Shown: positions 30,649 to 40,849 of the stretch, one piece after another
Layout of the letters: the number at the start of each line of letters is the position of its first letter
Position numbering within the stretch: the stretch's first letter is position 1
Source of the DNA: an uncultured Trueperaceae bacterium
GTDB lineage: Bacteria > Deinococcota > Deinococci > Deinococcales > Trueperaceae
DNA: 64,000 nt
Assembly (NCBI GenBank): GCA_963799485.1
Contig: CAWCXJ010000008.1
Coordinates: 64,001 to 128,000 of the forward strand
Direction: 5' to 3'
Notes under the pieces: generated by a model
Told to the model about the DNA's origin: nothing
Database searches by the model: none
What the model saw: only the letters and a program-made list of their open reading frames with translations
Position numbers and translations under genes: made by a program

Positions 30649-31677
30649 TTAAACCTCGATTATCACCTTCACTGCGCCGTCGGTGCCTTTCTCAGCGTAC
30701 TCGAACCCGGTCAACATCTCGTCCAAGGGAAAGTGGTGCGTAATCATCGGCCCTAAGTCAACTGCGCCGGATGTAAGCAAACTTATCGCTGCCGGATAGG
30801 TGTACACATACCGAAAAATCCCCTTAACGTCGAGTTCTTTGCGGGACAGCTCAACCATCGGGACGCTGTAGGTCGAATTATCGCCAAGCCCGACGACGAC
30901 GACTGTACCACCGGTTTTTACGGTCTTGAGGCAGCTTAAAAAGGCGGGCTCGGCCCCGGCACACTCGATAGCTAAATCTACGCCGCGTCCGTTCGTCGCC
31001 TTTCTGACGATAGCTTCGGCGTCTTCTTTGGCGTCAAAGGTATGCGTCGCGCCCATCTTTTTGGCGACTTCCAAACGGTGAGGCCGCACGTCGCTGATAA
31101 ACACTTCCGTTGCGCCGAAGGCTTTGGCTGCCGCGAGTGAAGTCAACCCAATCGGCCCCGCCCCGGCGATAAAAACACTCTGCCCCGCCGTAAGACCCCC
31201 GCGCCGACACGCGTGAATCCCGACCGAGAGCGGTTCGATTAAAGCCGCTTCGTCGAGACTTATGGAATCCGGCAATTTATAGGCAAAGTCCGCCGGCGAT
31301 ACCGCAAAATCTGAGAGCGCGCCGTCAACAGGCGGCGTGGCAAAAAACTGCACGTCCGGGCAGAGGTTGTAACGGCCTGTCTTGCAAACTTCGCAGTGAC
31401 GGCAAGGGACACCGGGCTCTAAGGCGACCCTGTCCCCGACTTTAAGCGTGGTGACGTTTTCACCGACTTCGGCGACCACGCCCGCGACCTCATGCCCTAA
31501 AATCATCGGCTCTTCGACCACAAAGTCACCGATTGCGCCCGTGCGCCAGTAATGCACGTCCGAGCCGCAGATGCCGACCGAACCGATCTTAACGAGCACG
31601 TCATCCGGGCCGTAGTCGGGTTGGGGAACGTCGTCCAACCGTAAATCTCTCGCTTTATGTAACACCGCTGCTTTCAT
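30649..31677 (-). CDS. Zn-dependent polyol dehydrogenase (sorbitol/xylitol, L-iditol 2-dehydrogenase family)
   Basis: GICGSDVHYW, GHE, ALEPGVPCRHCEVC, FFATPPVDG, GAGPIG, FRY. Confidence 0.9.
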   Translation of the reverse strand: MKAAVLHKARDLRLDDVPQPDYGPDDVLVKIGSVGICGSDVHYWRTGAIGDFVVEEPMILGHEVAGVVAEVGENVTTLKVGDRVALEPGVPCRHCEVCKTGRYNLCPDVQFFATPPVDGALSDFAVSPADFAYKLPDSISLDEAALIEPLSVGIHACRRGGLTAGQSVFIAGAGPIGLTSLAAAKAFGATEVFISDVRPHRLEVAKKMGATHTFDAKEDAEAIVRKATNGRGVDLAIECAGAEPAFLSCLKTVKTGGTVVVVGLGDNSTYSVPMVELSRKELDVKGIFRYVYTYPAAISLLTSGAVDLGPMITHHFPLDEMLTGFEYAEKGTDGAVKVIIEV

Positions 31678-31822
31678 TTCGCCTCCCTAACAGGTCTTCG
31701 TGATGCTATTTTCCTATCATTTCATAAAGCGCCCGGTAGTGCGGCTTCGGACCCGGGCAGAAGTGTTGCCGAAACACCTGAAAACAGTGACGTTTCTCGG
31801 GTTCCATACGAAAAATCAACTA

Positions 31823-31851
31823 TTGACAGCGGTAGGCCGATTTCGTATGGT
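31823..31851 (+). promoter_or_regulatory. Sigma70-type promoter for the first sugar ABC operon
   Basis: TTGACA-N17-TATGGT. Confidence 0.6.
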
Positions 31852-32064
31852 GGGGTTGCACGTCAGTTAACACAAAATCGCATCTGTAGTAGCGCCGCTG
31901 ATAAGTTATGTGAGGTTACAAGTTTCTAAAACCCTCTCTCACAGGTTGCGTTTAATAGAGAGCGTTTAGTAGAGATCGGGGGTCAGATGGCATAATTGCA
32001 ACGCGTCTCAACCCAAGAACCGACTTTACGGACAGCTACGTCTTTTCTCGAGTCAGGGGGACTT

Positions 32065-33510
32065 ATGAACACGAAATGGTTGCACAAAACGCTCCAGACC
32101 TTGCCCGTGCTGGCGCTCGCAGCAGCGGCGTTCGCGCAAAACGGTAGCGACAACACCTGGTGGCAAGAGGCGGCCCAACCCTACGACGGCGTAACCATTC
32201 GCGGCATTTCGGAAAGCACGCCGCCCTCACGCTACGTCTCCGACGTGCTGGCCCCGGCCTTCACCGAAGCGACCGGTATCAACGTCGAGTTCGAGATCAC
32301 CTCGTGGGATCAGATGTACGACAAGGCCATTAAAGATATGCAGGCCAACACCGGCATTTACGATTTCGTGTACGTCGAGCAAGATATCGTTTATTCGTAC
32401 CTGGCGCAAGATTTTCTGGTTGACCTAACCGGGATGCTGAGCGCCAACGAAGCGCTGCAGGCTCCCACCTTCGACTTCAGCGACTTCACCTCGTTTATCG
32501 ACTACTTCAAAAACGACGCGGGCGATATTTTCGGCGTACCGATGGAAGCGTTTATCAAACCCTACCTTTACCGCACCGACCTCTTTAACGACGAGGCCAT
32601 CAAAACAGCCTTTCAGGAGCAGTACGGCTACGAGCTGGCTCCGGCAAAAACATTCCAGGAATACCAGGACATTGCCGACTTCTTTACCGCCTACGGCGAA
32701 GAGAACAACATGGAGCTGTGGGGCAGCACCTTGCAAGCCTCGACCGGACACCCTGCCTCGACCTACGAAGTATTGGAAACCATTTTCCCGTCGTTCGGGG
32801 TTTACAACTGGGGCATCAATCAGGACAACTATAAAGCGACTGTAGAGGGCGGCGGCGAACTCAACAGCGACCGTGCCAAAGAAGCGCTGAGCTTCTGGAT
32901 CGGTCTGCTGCCCGACGCACCTCCCGAAGCGACCAGCAGTACCTGGGACGAGGTGGCCTCGAGCTTTGCGGCGGGCCGCGCGGCACAGGGCTGGGTTTAC
33001 GGCGAAAACGCCGCCTGGATTGCGACTGATGAGAGCCGCTCGACGGTCGTGGGCAAGGTCGGCGTCGCGCTGCCGCCCCTTGCCGAAGGCGTATTAGAGC
33101 AGGCCAAAGCAGGTGAGGGCTACATCGGTTACTACGACGGCGGCGCGTTTGCCATCCCCTATTCGTCGAAAAATCAGGAAGCTGCTGCCCTGTGGCTGCA
33201 GTACATCGGACAGCCCTCGGTGCAGGCCGATTGGGCGGTCGCCGGCTCGCGCATCACCCAAACCGCGACCTTCAGCGACCCCAAAGTGCAGGCGGTCGAT
33301 AAGGAAACGGGCGGCTACTTTACGCTCTTGCAAGACGAGGGCGACCTGTTCGCCGGCGCACCGCCGTTCCCCTTCCACAACCCTGTGCGCGAGACCATCG
33401 ACACCTATATCCACCGTGCGATTGTAGGCGAACTGACGCCGGACGAGGCGCTCGACCAGGCCGCCGAAGCCGTCAACCAGAGACTGGTAGATTTAGGCTA
33501 CGCGCAGTAA
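32065..33510 (+). CDS. Sugar/polyol ABC transporter substrate-binding protein
   Basis: Signal peptide (...ALAAAAFAQ), [26 protein letters not shown] before ATG 32065. Confidence 0.88.
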   Translation: MNTKWLHKTLQTLPVLALAAAAFAQNGSDNTWWQEAAQPYDGVTIRGISESTPPSRYVSDVLAPAFTEATGINVEFEITSWDQMYDKAIKDMQANTGIYDFVYVEQDIVYSYLAQDFLVDLTGMLSANEALQAPTFDFSDFTSFIDYFKNDAGDIFGVPMEAFIKPYLYRTDLFNDEAIKTAFQEQYGYELAPAKTFQEYQDIADFFTAYGEENNMELWGSTLQASTGHPASTYEVLETIFPSFGVYNWGINQDNYKATVEGGGELNSDRAKEALSFWIGLLPDAPPEATSSTWDEVASSFAAGRAAQGWVYGENAAWIATDESRSTVVGKVGVALPPLAEGVLEQAKAGEGYIGYYDGGAFAIPYSSKNQEAAALWLQYIGQPSVQADWAVAGSRITQTATFSDPKVQAVDKETGGYFTLLQDEGDLFAGAPPFPFHNPVRETIDTYIHRAIVGELTPDEALDQAAEAVNQRLVDLGYAQ

Positions 33511-33519
33511 TACCGAGCC

Positions 33520-33539
33520 GGGGAGAGCCGGACTCTCCC
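33520..33539 (+). other. Stem-loop after the SBP gene (probable mRNA stabiliser/attenuator)
   Basis: gggagag-ccgga-ctctccc. Confidence 0.45.
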
Positions 33540-33582
33540 CGCTGTTTTTGGTTCTGGTAGTCACACGTATGGCGGTCACTTT

Positions 33583-34455
33583 ATGAGACGACAACGAACC
33601 GGCTGGCTGCTGCTCGCGCCCAGCCTGATTATTCTCTTTCTCACCGGCCTGTTGCCCTTTATTTACGTTCTGGTCGTCGGGTTTTTCAGCTGGAACCCGG
33701 TCGCGCTCAACCCGGCCCCGATCTGGACGGGCGTGGAAAACTTCCGGCGACTCGTCTTCGACGCCGAGTTTTTAGGCGCGCTCACGCGCACCCTCGGTTT
33801 TACGGCAATGACCGTCGGCGCGGAGCTGATTTTGGGTTTCGTACTGGCGTCCTTGCTGCTCCGCGACTTTCGCGGCAAGGCGATTTTCCGCACCGTTCAC
33901 GCCCTGCCCCTGATGATCGCGCCCATCGTCGTCGGGGCCATCTGGAAGCTCCTGAGCATTCCGGGGTTCGGGCCGCTGCCCTACTATTTCGGTAGGTGGT
34001 TCGGGCTCGACTACAACATCGGGCGGTACGCCGGTCAAGCGTTCTGGACGGTGGTCGTGATGGACATCTGGCACTGGACGCCGTTTGTCACGCTGGTGCT
34101 GCTCGCGGGTCTCAGCGCGATGCCGCAAGACCCCGTGGAGTCCGCTAAAGTAGACGGCGCAAACCGCTGGCAACTCCTGCGTCACATCACCCTGCCGCTC
34201 CTGACGCCGGTACTCTTAACGGTGGTCTTTTTACGGGTGATGGACGCGCTCCGCATCGTTGACGAGGTGTGGATGCTGACCGGGGGCGGCCCCGGTACGG
34301 CGACCCGTTACGTCGGCATCCACATCTGGCGGGTCGTATTCCCGCAAACCTCTTACGGCTACGGCTCGGCGATGTCGCTGCTGCTCCTTTATTTTACCGT
34401 CGTCATCTGCTGGTTTTTGTACGTCACCATCATGGGAAGGGGGCAGCGCGAATGA
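33583..34455 (+). CDS. Carbohydrate ABC transporter permease
   Basis: [18 protein letters not shown] (EAA loop), TGGGPG. Confidence 0.92.
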   Translation: MRRQRTGWLLLAPSLIILFLTGLLPFIYVLVVGFFSWNPVALNPAPIWTGVENFRRLVFDAEFLGALTRTLGFTAMTVGAELILGFVLASLLLRDFRGKAIFRTVHALPLMIAPIVVGAIWKLLSIPGFGPLPYYFGRWFGLDYNIGRYAGQAFWTVVVMDIWHWTPFVTLVLLAGLSAMPQDPVESAKVDGANRWQLLRHITLPLLTPVLLTVVFLRVMDALRIVDEVWMLTGGGPGTATRYVGIHIWRVVFPQTSYGYGSAMSLLLLYFTVVICWFLYVTIMGRGQRE

Positions 34456-35360
34456 AAGCCGTCAAAGCGTACCCGGTCGAGGCGCAGAGCAGCGTCAACA
34501 AGGCGAAAAGGTCAAAGCGTATCTGGGGCACCGTCGGGACGTATCTTTTCTGGACTGCCTCGAGCCTCGTCACGCTGCTACCGATCTACTGGCTGGTGCT
34601 GGTCTCGACCCGTAGCCGGGTCGCGCTTTTCGGCGCACCCGACCTTTCCCCCACCTTTTTTAGCGGGATTTTTACGGACAACTTTGCCAATCCGTTCGTG
34701 CGCGGGTCGCAGGGTGATTATCTTGTCAACTCGGTTATCGTCGCTACGTCCAACGCCGTGCTAGTCATCGTATTGGCGGTGCTGGCAACCTACGCGCTCT
34801 CGCGGTGGAAACTGCCGGGCTCGAGCAGCCTTTTCTTCTGGACGATTACGAACCGCATGGCCCCGCCCGCCGCCTTTTTGCTGCCGCTTTTTCTGCTTTT
34901 CACCTCTGTTTTCAAGCTCCGCGACTGGACGCTGTTCGACACGCACATCGGGCTGATTTTGCTCTACTGCGTGTTCAACCTGCCGTTTGCCATCTGGCTT
35001 TTGAAGGGCATTATGGACGGTATCCCGAGCGAGCTCGACGACGCCGTATACGTCGACGGCGGCGGCCTCTGGACGGTTCTAGGGCGCATCATCGTCCCGC
35101 TGGCGGCCCCCGGTATCGCCATCACCGGCCTGCTGAGCTGGGTGTTCGCCTGGAACGAATACCTTTTCGCCGCCACCTTAACGAGTGTGGACGCCCGTAC
35201 CATCACCACCGGCTTGGCAGAGTTCGTGACCGTCACGGGCACGAACTGGGGCGAGATGGCAGCGGTTGCGCTCGTTTCACTTGCGCCTGCGCTGCTGCTC
35301 CTGGCACTCGTGCAAAGGCACATCGTCGCGGGCCTGACCTTTGGGGCGGTGAAGGGATGA
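34452..35360 (+). CDS. Carbohydrate ABC transporter permease
   Basis: ATGA overlap with the previous gene; [35 protein letters not shown]. Confidence 0.92.
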   Translation: MKAVKAYPVEAQSSVNKAKRSKRIWGTVGTYLFWTASSLVTLLPIYWLVLVSTRSRVALFGAPDLSPTFFSGIFTDNFANPFVRGSQGDYLVNSVIVATSNAVLVIVLAVLATYALSRWKLPGSSSLFFWTITNRMAPPAAFLLPLFLLFTSVFKLRDWTLFDTHIGLILLYCVFNLPFAIWLLKGIMDGIPSELDDAVYVDGGGLWTVLGRIIVPLAAPGIAITGLLSWVFAWNEYLFAATLTSVDARTITTGLAEFVTVTGTNWGEMAAVALVSLAPALLLLALVQRHIVAGLTFGAVKG

Positions 35361-35575
35361 ACGAGACTCCCGCCGAGCACGCCCCGGTTGAACATCGCGG
35401 ACGCAAAGGCTTTTTGCCGATTGCGACCAACTGGTTCGACCGCCTTTTTATCGGCGTGATGGGACACGTCGCCCTCAACTTGTTGTGGTTGCGTTTTTTA
35501 GAGGCGAGCGTGCCGCTTTTGGTCGGGACTGTGTTGGGAATCGTCTGGATTGTCGTGGTGATGGTATGGGGCTGA
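35357..35575 (+). CDS. DUF2160-like small membrane protein (accessory subunit of sugar ABC operons)
   Basis: ATGA overlap; [18 protein letters not shown] plus two TMs. Confidence 0.8.
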   Translation: MNETPAEHAPVEHRGRKGFLPIATNWFDRLFIGVMGHVALNLLWLRFLEASVPLLVGTVLGIVWIVVVMVWG

Positions 35576-35576
35576 C

Positions 35577-36323
35577 ATGTACGGACTGAGCGGTAAACGG
35601 GCGCTGATTACCGGCGCGAGTAAAGGCATCGGGCGCGGTCTGGCTCTAGCGTTTGCGGCGCAGGGCGTGGATATTGTCGCGGTTGCGCGGGACGAAACCG
35701 GGTTGGCTGAGGTTGAACGTGAGGTTGAGGAGGCGGGCTCGAGCGCTCACATTATCCGCGCCGACCTCTCAGATATGGCGGACGTTCGGCGTGTGGCGGC
35801 GGAGGCCGAAACGTTAGACGTTCACATATTGGTCAACAACGCGGGCGTGAGCTATCCGCAAAATGCACTCGAGGCGAGTCTGGAAAATTGGGAACAGACG
35901 TTCGCCGTAAACGTGCGGGCGGCTTTTTTCTTGGCTCAGGCGTTCGGCAGGCCGATGGTCGAGCGGGGCTGGGGGCGCATCGTCAATATGTCGTCGCAAG
36001 CGGGACTTATCGCACTAGAAGACCACGTGGCGTACTGCGCTTCAAAAGGGGCGCTCGAGATGATGAGCAAAACGCTGGCGCTCGAGTGGGCTCCGGCAGG
36101 CGTCACCGTCAACTGCGTTGCGCCGACGGTAATCGCCACACCGATGGCGGCGATGGCCTTCCCTACCGAAGAAGCGCGCGCGAAAATGCTCCGCCGCATC
36201 CCGGTCGGGCGTTTTGGTGAGATTGAAGAAGTCGCTGCCGCCGTTCTCTTTTTGGCGTCGGACGCCGCCGGGATGATTACCGGCGACACCCTCAAGGTAG
36301 ACGGCGGCTGGACGGCTCAGTAA
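35577..36323 (+). CDS. SDR oxidoreductase, D-threitol-dehydrogenase-like
   Basis: TGASKGIG, NNAG, SSQAGLIALEDHVAYCASK, VAPTVIAT. Confidence 0.85.
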   Translation: MYGLSGKRALITGASKGIGRGLALAFAAQGVDIVAVARDETGLAEVEREVEEAGSSAHIIRADLSDMADVRRVAAEAETLDVHILVNNAGVSYPQNALEASLENWEQTFAVNVRAAFFLAQAFGRPMVERGWGRIVNMSSQAGLIALEDHVAYCASKGALEMMSKTLALEWAPAGVTVNCVAPTVIATPMAAMAFPTEEARAKMLRRIPVGRFGEIEEVAAAVLFLASDAAGMITGDTLKVDGGWTAQ

Positions 36324-36455
36324 ACCGGACTGAGACCGAGCGGTCTCTTACAAGCTTGTGGTCACCGTAAAATGGGTGTACCAAACGGAGTTTCGTACAC
36401 CCGGATTAACTCGGCTCGGGCGAGACCTGCTATAACTAACCCATAGGAGATACTT

Positions 36456-37206
36456 ATGACTGACCGTTTTGAGTTTGACCGGACAGCACGCGCTCGTGAC
36501 CGGGGCGGGGCGCGGGATCGGGCTCGAGATTGCCCGTACGCTCAGGGGTGCCGGAGCGACTATTACCGTAGGCGAGTTTTTAGAAGACGCGGGCCGCGCC
36601 GCCGCCGAAGAACTCGGCGGCAACTTCGTGCAGGTAGACGTGCGTGACCCGGAGAGTGCCGCAAAGATGGTTGACGAGGCCGAAACGCACGCACCCATAG
36701 ACATTCTGGTCAACAACGCCGGCATCGCCAACAATATCGCTGCTGAAGACGCCTCGGACGACGACTGGCTAAACGTGATTAACGTCAACTTAAACGGCGT
36801 TTTCTGGTGCTGCCGCGCTGCCGGCAAAAAGATGCTGGCGCGGAGTGCCGGAAACATCGTCAATATCGCCTCGATGTCGGGCCTCATCGTCAACAAACCG
36901 CAGCCGCAAGCCGCGTACAACGTTTCCAAAGCGGGCGTGATTATGCTGACCAAATCGCTCGCAGCGGAGTGGGCAGAGCGGGGCGTGCGCGTCAACGCGG
37001 TGTCGCCGGGGTATATCGGCACCGAGATGACCAAAGCAGGGATGAGTAACGAAGACTGGAACCGGCAGTGGCTCGAGATGACCCCGATGGGCCGCGTCGG
37101 TGAACCGAGTGACATCGCGCACGCGGTACTTTATCTGGCGTCGGACGCCGCGCGTTTTGCCACCGGGACGAACCTCGTGGTGGACGGCGGCTACACGAGC
37201 TGGTAA
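36456..37206 (+). CDS. SDR polyol dehydrogenase (galactitol/arabitol DH-like); apparent 1-nt frameshift at ~36471
   Basis: AGGAGA RBS + ATG 36456 (MTDRF), extra G, then SLTGQHALVTGAGRGIG; SMSGLIVNKPQPQAAYNVSK. Confidence 0.8.
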
Positions 37207-37272
37207 GAGCCCTGGCTTAAACAAGGCGTCGCAACCCGCGCACTATCTCCAGCCGGGCTGTATCCTAAATAG

Positions 37273-38688
37273 ATGTCTTATGACGCCGTAATCGTCGGCT
37301 CCGGCCCCAACGGATTGGCCGCCGCGATTGTCCTCGCCCAAAAAGGCTTAAAGGTTGCCCTGCTGGAAAGAGCAGAAACCACCGGCGGCGGGATGCGTAC
37401 CGAGGAACTCACGCTGCCGGGTTTTAAGCACGACGTGGGTTCGACGATTCACCCGTTCGGCGTCGGTTCACCTTTTTTTCGCACCTTGCCGCTGGAAGAC
37501 TTTGGGCTCGAGTGGCGACACCCGGACGTCCCTTTTGCCCATCCACTAGACGACGGCGTTGCGGTAGCAGAGCGTTCGTTAGAGGCGACCTGCCGGGGTC
37601 TCGGCAAGGACGCGGACACCTACAACCTGCTGATGCGCCCCCTCGTTCGTGATTCGGAAAAGCTTTTTGAAGACTTTATGGGGCCGCTGCTGCGTTTTCC
37701 GGCGCATCCTGTCTTGCTGGCACGTTTTGGCGTGCGGGGATTGCCCCCGGCGACGCTGCTCGGCAAACTGTTTCAAGAAGAGCGAACAAAGGCACTGTTT
37801 GCCGGACTTGCCGCGCACGCGGTGATGCCGCTCTCGACTCCAGGAACCTCGGCGTTCGGCCTCGTTCTGGGGATGCTCGCGCACACCGTCGGCTGGCCTT
37901 TTCCCAAGGGCGGCGCGGCGACGTTGGCAGGGGCGCTGACGCGTTATTTTCGTTCACTCGGCGGCGAAGTCTATACGAATACCACCGTAAAAACGCCCGC
38001 TGACGTACCCGAAGCAAAGGCCGTTCTTTACGATTTATCAGCCAAACCGTTTCTCAACCTGCTGGGAGACGAGTTTCCGGCGAGTTACCGGGGCTGGTTG
38101 GAGCGCTACCGTCTCGGCGCGGGCATCTTCAAGGTGGATTACGCGCTGGACGGCCCGGTGCCGTGGCAAGAAGCGGCGTGTTTGCGGGCCGGGACGGTTC
38201 ATTTAGGCGGGACACTGGCAGAAATCGCCGAATCCGAACGTGAAGTCGAGCGGGGCAGCGTGCCGACGAAGCCGTATGTACTAATTGCTCAGCATGGCCC
38301 TTTTGATAAAACTCGAGCCCCCGAAGGGAAACAGACTTTATGGGCCTATTGTCACGTGCCGAACGGCTCTGAAATCGATATGACAGACCGGATTGAAGCG
38401 CAGTTGGAGCGTTTCGCACCCGGTTTTAGAGACCGTGTTTTAGCCAAACATACGATGAACGCGCCCGCTACGGAACGCCACAACCCCAACTACGTCGGCG
38501 GCGACATCAACGGCGGTAGGGCGAGTTTGTGGCAGCTTGTCGCTCGGCCTGCGCCGCGCCCCCTGCCCTACCGCACCCCGCTTAAAGGGGTGTACCTCTG
38601 CTCGGCGAGTACGCCCCCGTCGGGCGGCGTTCACGGGATGTGCGGGTATTGGGCGGCGCAAACGGTACTCCGAGATTTGGGTGTATAA
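37273..38688 (+). CDS. Phytoene-dehydrogenase-like NAD(P)/FAD oxidoreductase
   Basis: GSGPNGLAAA, GGMRTEELTLPGFKHD, NPNYVGGDINGG, STPPSGGVHGMCG. Confidence 0.88.
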   Translation: MSYDAVIVGSGPNGLAAAIVLAQKGLKVALLERAETTGGGMRTEELTLPGFKHDVGSTIHPFGVGSPFFRTLPLEDFGLEWRHPDVPFAHPLDDGVAVAERSLEATCRGLGKDADTYNLLMRPLVRDSEKLFEDFMGPLLRFPAHPVLLARFGVRGLPPATLLGKLFQEERTKALFAGLAAHAVMPLSTPGTSAFGLVLGMLAHTVGWPFPKGGAATLAGALTRYFRSLGGEVYTNTTVKTPADVPEAKAVLYDLSAKPFLNLLGDEFPASYRGWLERYRLGAGIFKVDYALDGPVPWQEAACLRAGTVHLGGTLAEIAESEREVERGSVPTKPYVLIAQHGPFDKTRAPEGKQTLWAYCHVPNGSEIDMTDRIEAQLERFAPGFRDRVLAKHTMNAPATERHNPNYVGGDINGGRASLWQLVARPAPRPLPYRTPLKGVYLCSASTPPSGGVHGMCGYWAAQTVLRDLGV

Positions 38689-38694
38689 CCGGTA

Positions 38695-39339
38695 TCAAGC
38701 TCTGTTTACGCCGTTGTAGAGCGCCTCCAGCAAAATACTCGCCGACGTTGCCCCGGCGTCTTGAAAGCCCCTCGCGCGTTCTCCCAAACGGCTGGCGCGC
38801 CCGAGTTTGGGGACGAGTTCTTTGGTCTTTTCGGTGCCTCTCCACGCTGCTTCGGACGCGGCTTTCAAGGTGTCCGCCGCACCCGCACCTTGACGGCTTA
38901 CGTTTTGCGCCGCCTCAGCCGCCGGAACCCAGGCGTCGATCAGGGTTTTGTCGCCCAATTTGGCTTTACCTACTTTTTGCATCGCCGAGGCCATCGCGCT
39001 CAAGATGTCGGCCCAGCTCTGCCCGTCACTGATAGCGTCTTGACCGTCTACTTTCTTTGCAGCCGCGTCAAAGGCTGACTCGTAAAGCGGGCCGATAGAC
39101 GCGCCTACTTCGTCGGCAAACGCTTCGGCTACCGCGCGAAAGGCGTCTGCCGGGGTTGGACGGGTCAGTTCGGCGAGGTTGCGCCGCGTCGCCCGCATCC
39201 CAATCGTCATACTGACGCCGTGGTCGCCGTCACCGACTTCGGAGTCGAGTTCGCAGAGGTAGTCTTTGTTGGCCTCGAGCTTTACCGCCACAGCTTCCAA
39301 AATCTTAACGAGTGCCGCGCCGTCTACCCTTTCAGGCAT
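38695..39339 (-). CDS. dhaL: Dihydroxyacetone/erythrulose kinase subunit L (DAK2)
   Basis: LDSEVGDGDHG, GASIGPLY, GDKTLIDAW, GRASRLGER...DAGA. Confidence 0.9.
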   Translation of the reverse strand: MPERVDGAALVKILEAVAVKLEANKDYLCELDSEVGDGDHGVSMTIGMRATRRNLAELTRPTPADAFRAVAEAFADEVGASIGPLYESAFDAAAKKVDGQDAISDGQSWADILSAMASAMQKVGKAKLGDKTLIDAWVPAAEAAQNVSRQGAGAADTLKAASEAAWRGTEKTKELVPKLGRASRLGERARGFQDAGATSASILLEALYNGVNRA

Positions 39340-40353
39340 CTAAACCCCTCCCAGCATCGCGCGGTTTTGCAGGAACATCGGACAGTACGCGGGCGCGTCG
39401 ATCAGGTCTAAGAGTTCGGCGTCTAGACGCAGCAGGGTGATAGACGCACCCGCCATCTCGAGCGAGGTCACGTATTCGCCGACAAACGAGCGTTTGATGT
39501 TGACGCGCTCGGCTTCTAAAATCTGCGTGAGTTTACGGTACATGATGTAAAGCTCTTCGTAAGGCGTCGCGCCCAGACCGTTGATTAAAACGGCCACATC
39601 GGAACCGGAAAAGTCGAGGTCTTTTAAGATGTAGTCGGTCATCTCTTCGACCAGCTTATCTACAGGTTCAACTTTCGTGCGGCGCAGGCCCGGTTCGCCG
39701 TGGATGCCGAGACCGACCTCGAGTTCCCCTTCCGGCAGTGAAAACGTCGGTTGACCGTTCGCCGGCACCGTACACGCCGAAAGCGCCACGCCCATCGTCC
39801 GGGTGTTGGCGTTGGCTTTTACGGCGGCTGCTTTTACGGCGGCAAGCTCCGCCATCGTCTCGGCTTTGGCGGTCGCTGCCTTAAAGACGAAGAAATCCCC
39901 GGCAATCCCGCGCCGCCGGTCTTTTTCATGGTTGGGCGCTGAGGCCACGTCGTCGGTGACGAGGACGGTTTCGACCGGGATGCCCTGCTCGCCGGCTTGC
40001 GCCGCCGCCCGGTCGAAGTTCATCACGTCGCCCGCGTAGTTGCCGTAACTGTACAAGACGCCTGCGCCGCCGCTAGCGGCTAGGGTCGCCTCGAGCACCG
40101 GTTTCGCCGGTGGCGAGGCGAAGATGTTGCCGACCGGAGCCGCGTCCGCGCCGCCCTTCCCGACGTAACCGATAAAAGCGGGCAGATGGCCTGAACCGCC
40201 GCCTACGACGACGCCGACCTTGCCGGGGGTCGGGCCGTCTTTACGGCCTACGGCGCGTTTACCCACACGTTTTACGGTGTCGGCGTGGGCTAAGAGAAAC
40301 CCCTCGAGGCTCTCTTCGACAAAATCAAAGGGGTCGTTGATGAGTTTTTTCAT
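39340..40353 (-). CDS. dhaK: Dihydroxyacetone/erythrulose kinase subunit K (DAK1)
   Basis: MKKLINDP, GGGSGHLP, GNYAGDVMNF, RRGIAG, GIHGEPG, TSLEMAG. Confidence 0.9.
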   Translation of the reverse strand: MKKLINDPFDFVEESLEGFLLAHADTVKRVGKRAVGRKDGPTPGKVGVVVGGGSGHLPAFIGYVGKGGADAAPVGNIFASPPAKPVLEATLAASGGAGVLYSYGNYAGDVMNFDRAAAQAGEQGIPVETVLVTDDVASAPNHEKDRRRGIAGDFFVFKAATAKAETMAELAAVKAAAVKANANTRTMGVALSACTVPANGQPTFSLPEGELEVGLGIHGEPGLRRTKVEPVDKLVEEMTDYILKDLDFSGSDVAVLINGLGATPYEELYIMYRKLTQILEAERVNIKRSFVGEYVTSLEMAGASITLLRLDAELLDLIDAPAYCPMFLQNRAMLGGV

Positions 40354-40372
40354 CGCTGCCACCCTAACAGGA

Positions 40373-40849
40373 CTAACATCCGCTACCTACTTTCGCTTCG
40401 GTGTCGCGGCGTTCACTCCGGTCAATGTCGTCCATTTTCGTTACTTTACGGCTCGAGTTGCCCCCTTCAAACTCGGACTCGAGCCACGCCCCGACGATCT
40501 CTTTGGCGAGTTCGACGCCAACGACTCTCGAGCCGAGCGCCAAAATCTGCGCGTCGTTGCTCTTCCTCGCCCGCTGCGCCGAATAGGTGTCGTGCGCCTG
40601 CGCCGCCCGCACACCCGCGACTTTGTTCGCCGTAATTGCCATGCCGATACCCGTACCACAGACCAAGATAGCGCGGTCACTCCGCTCTTCAGCAACCGCT
40701 TTGGCAACGCGGTAAGCGACGTCCGGATAGTCGTCTTCGGGGCCGGGGCTGTAGTCTTTGACGCTCACGCCGCGCGCCTCGAGGTAACCTTTCAACTCAG
40801 CTTTTAGAACGTTACCCGCGTCGTCGGAACCCAACAAAACCTCCATCAC
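40373..40849 (-). CDS. rpiB: RpiB/LacA family isomerase, probably D-erythrulose-4-phosphate isomerase (DerI-like)
   Basis: GSDDAG, CGTGIGMAITANK, RKSNDAQIL, GGNSSRKV. Confidence 0.85.
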   Translation of the reverse strand: MMEVLLGSDDAGNVLKAELKGYLEARGVSVKDYSPGPEDDYPDVAYRVAKAVAEERSDRAILVCGTGIGMAITANKVAGVRAAQAHDTYSAQRARKSNDAQILALGSRVVGVELAKEIVGAWLESEFEGGNSSRKVTKMDDIDRSERRDTEAKVGSGC

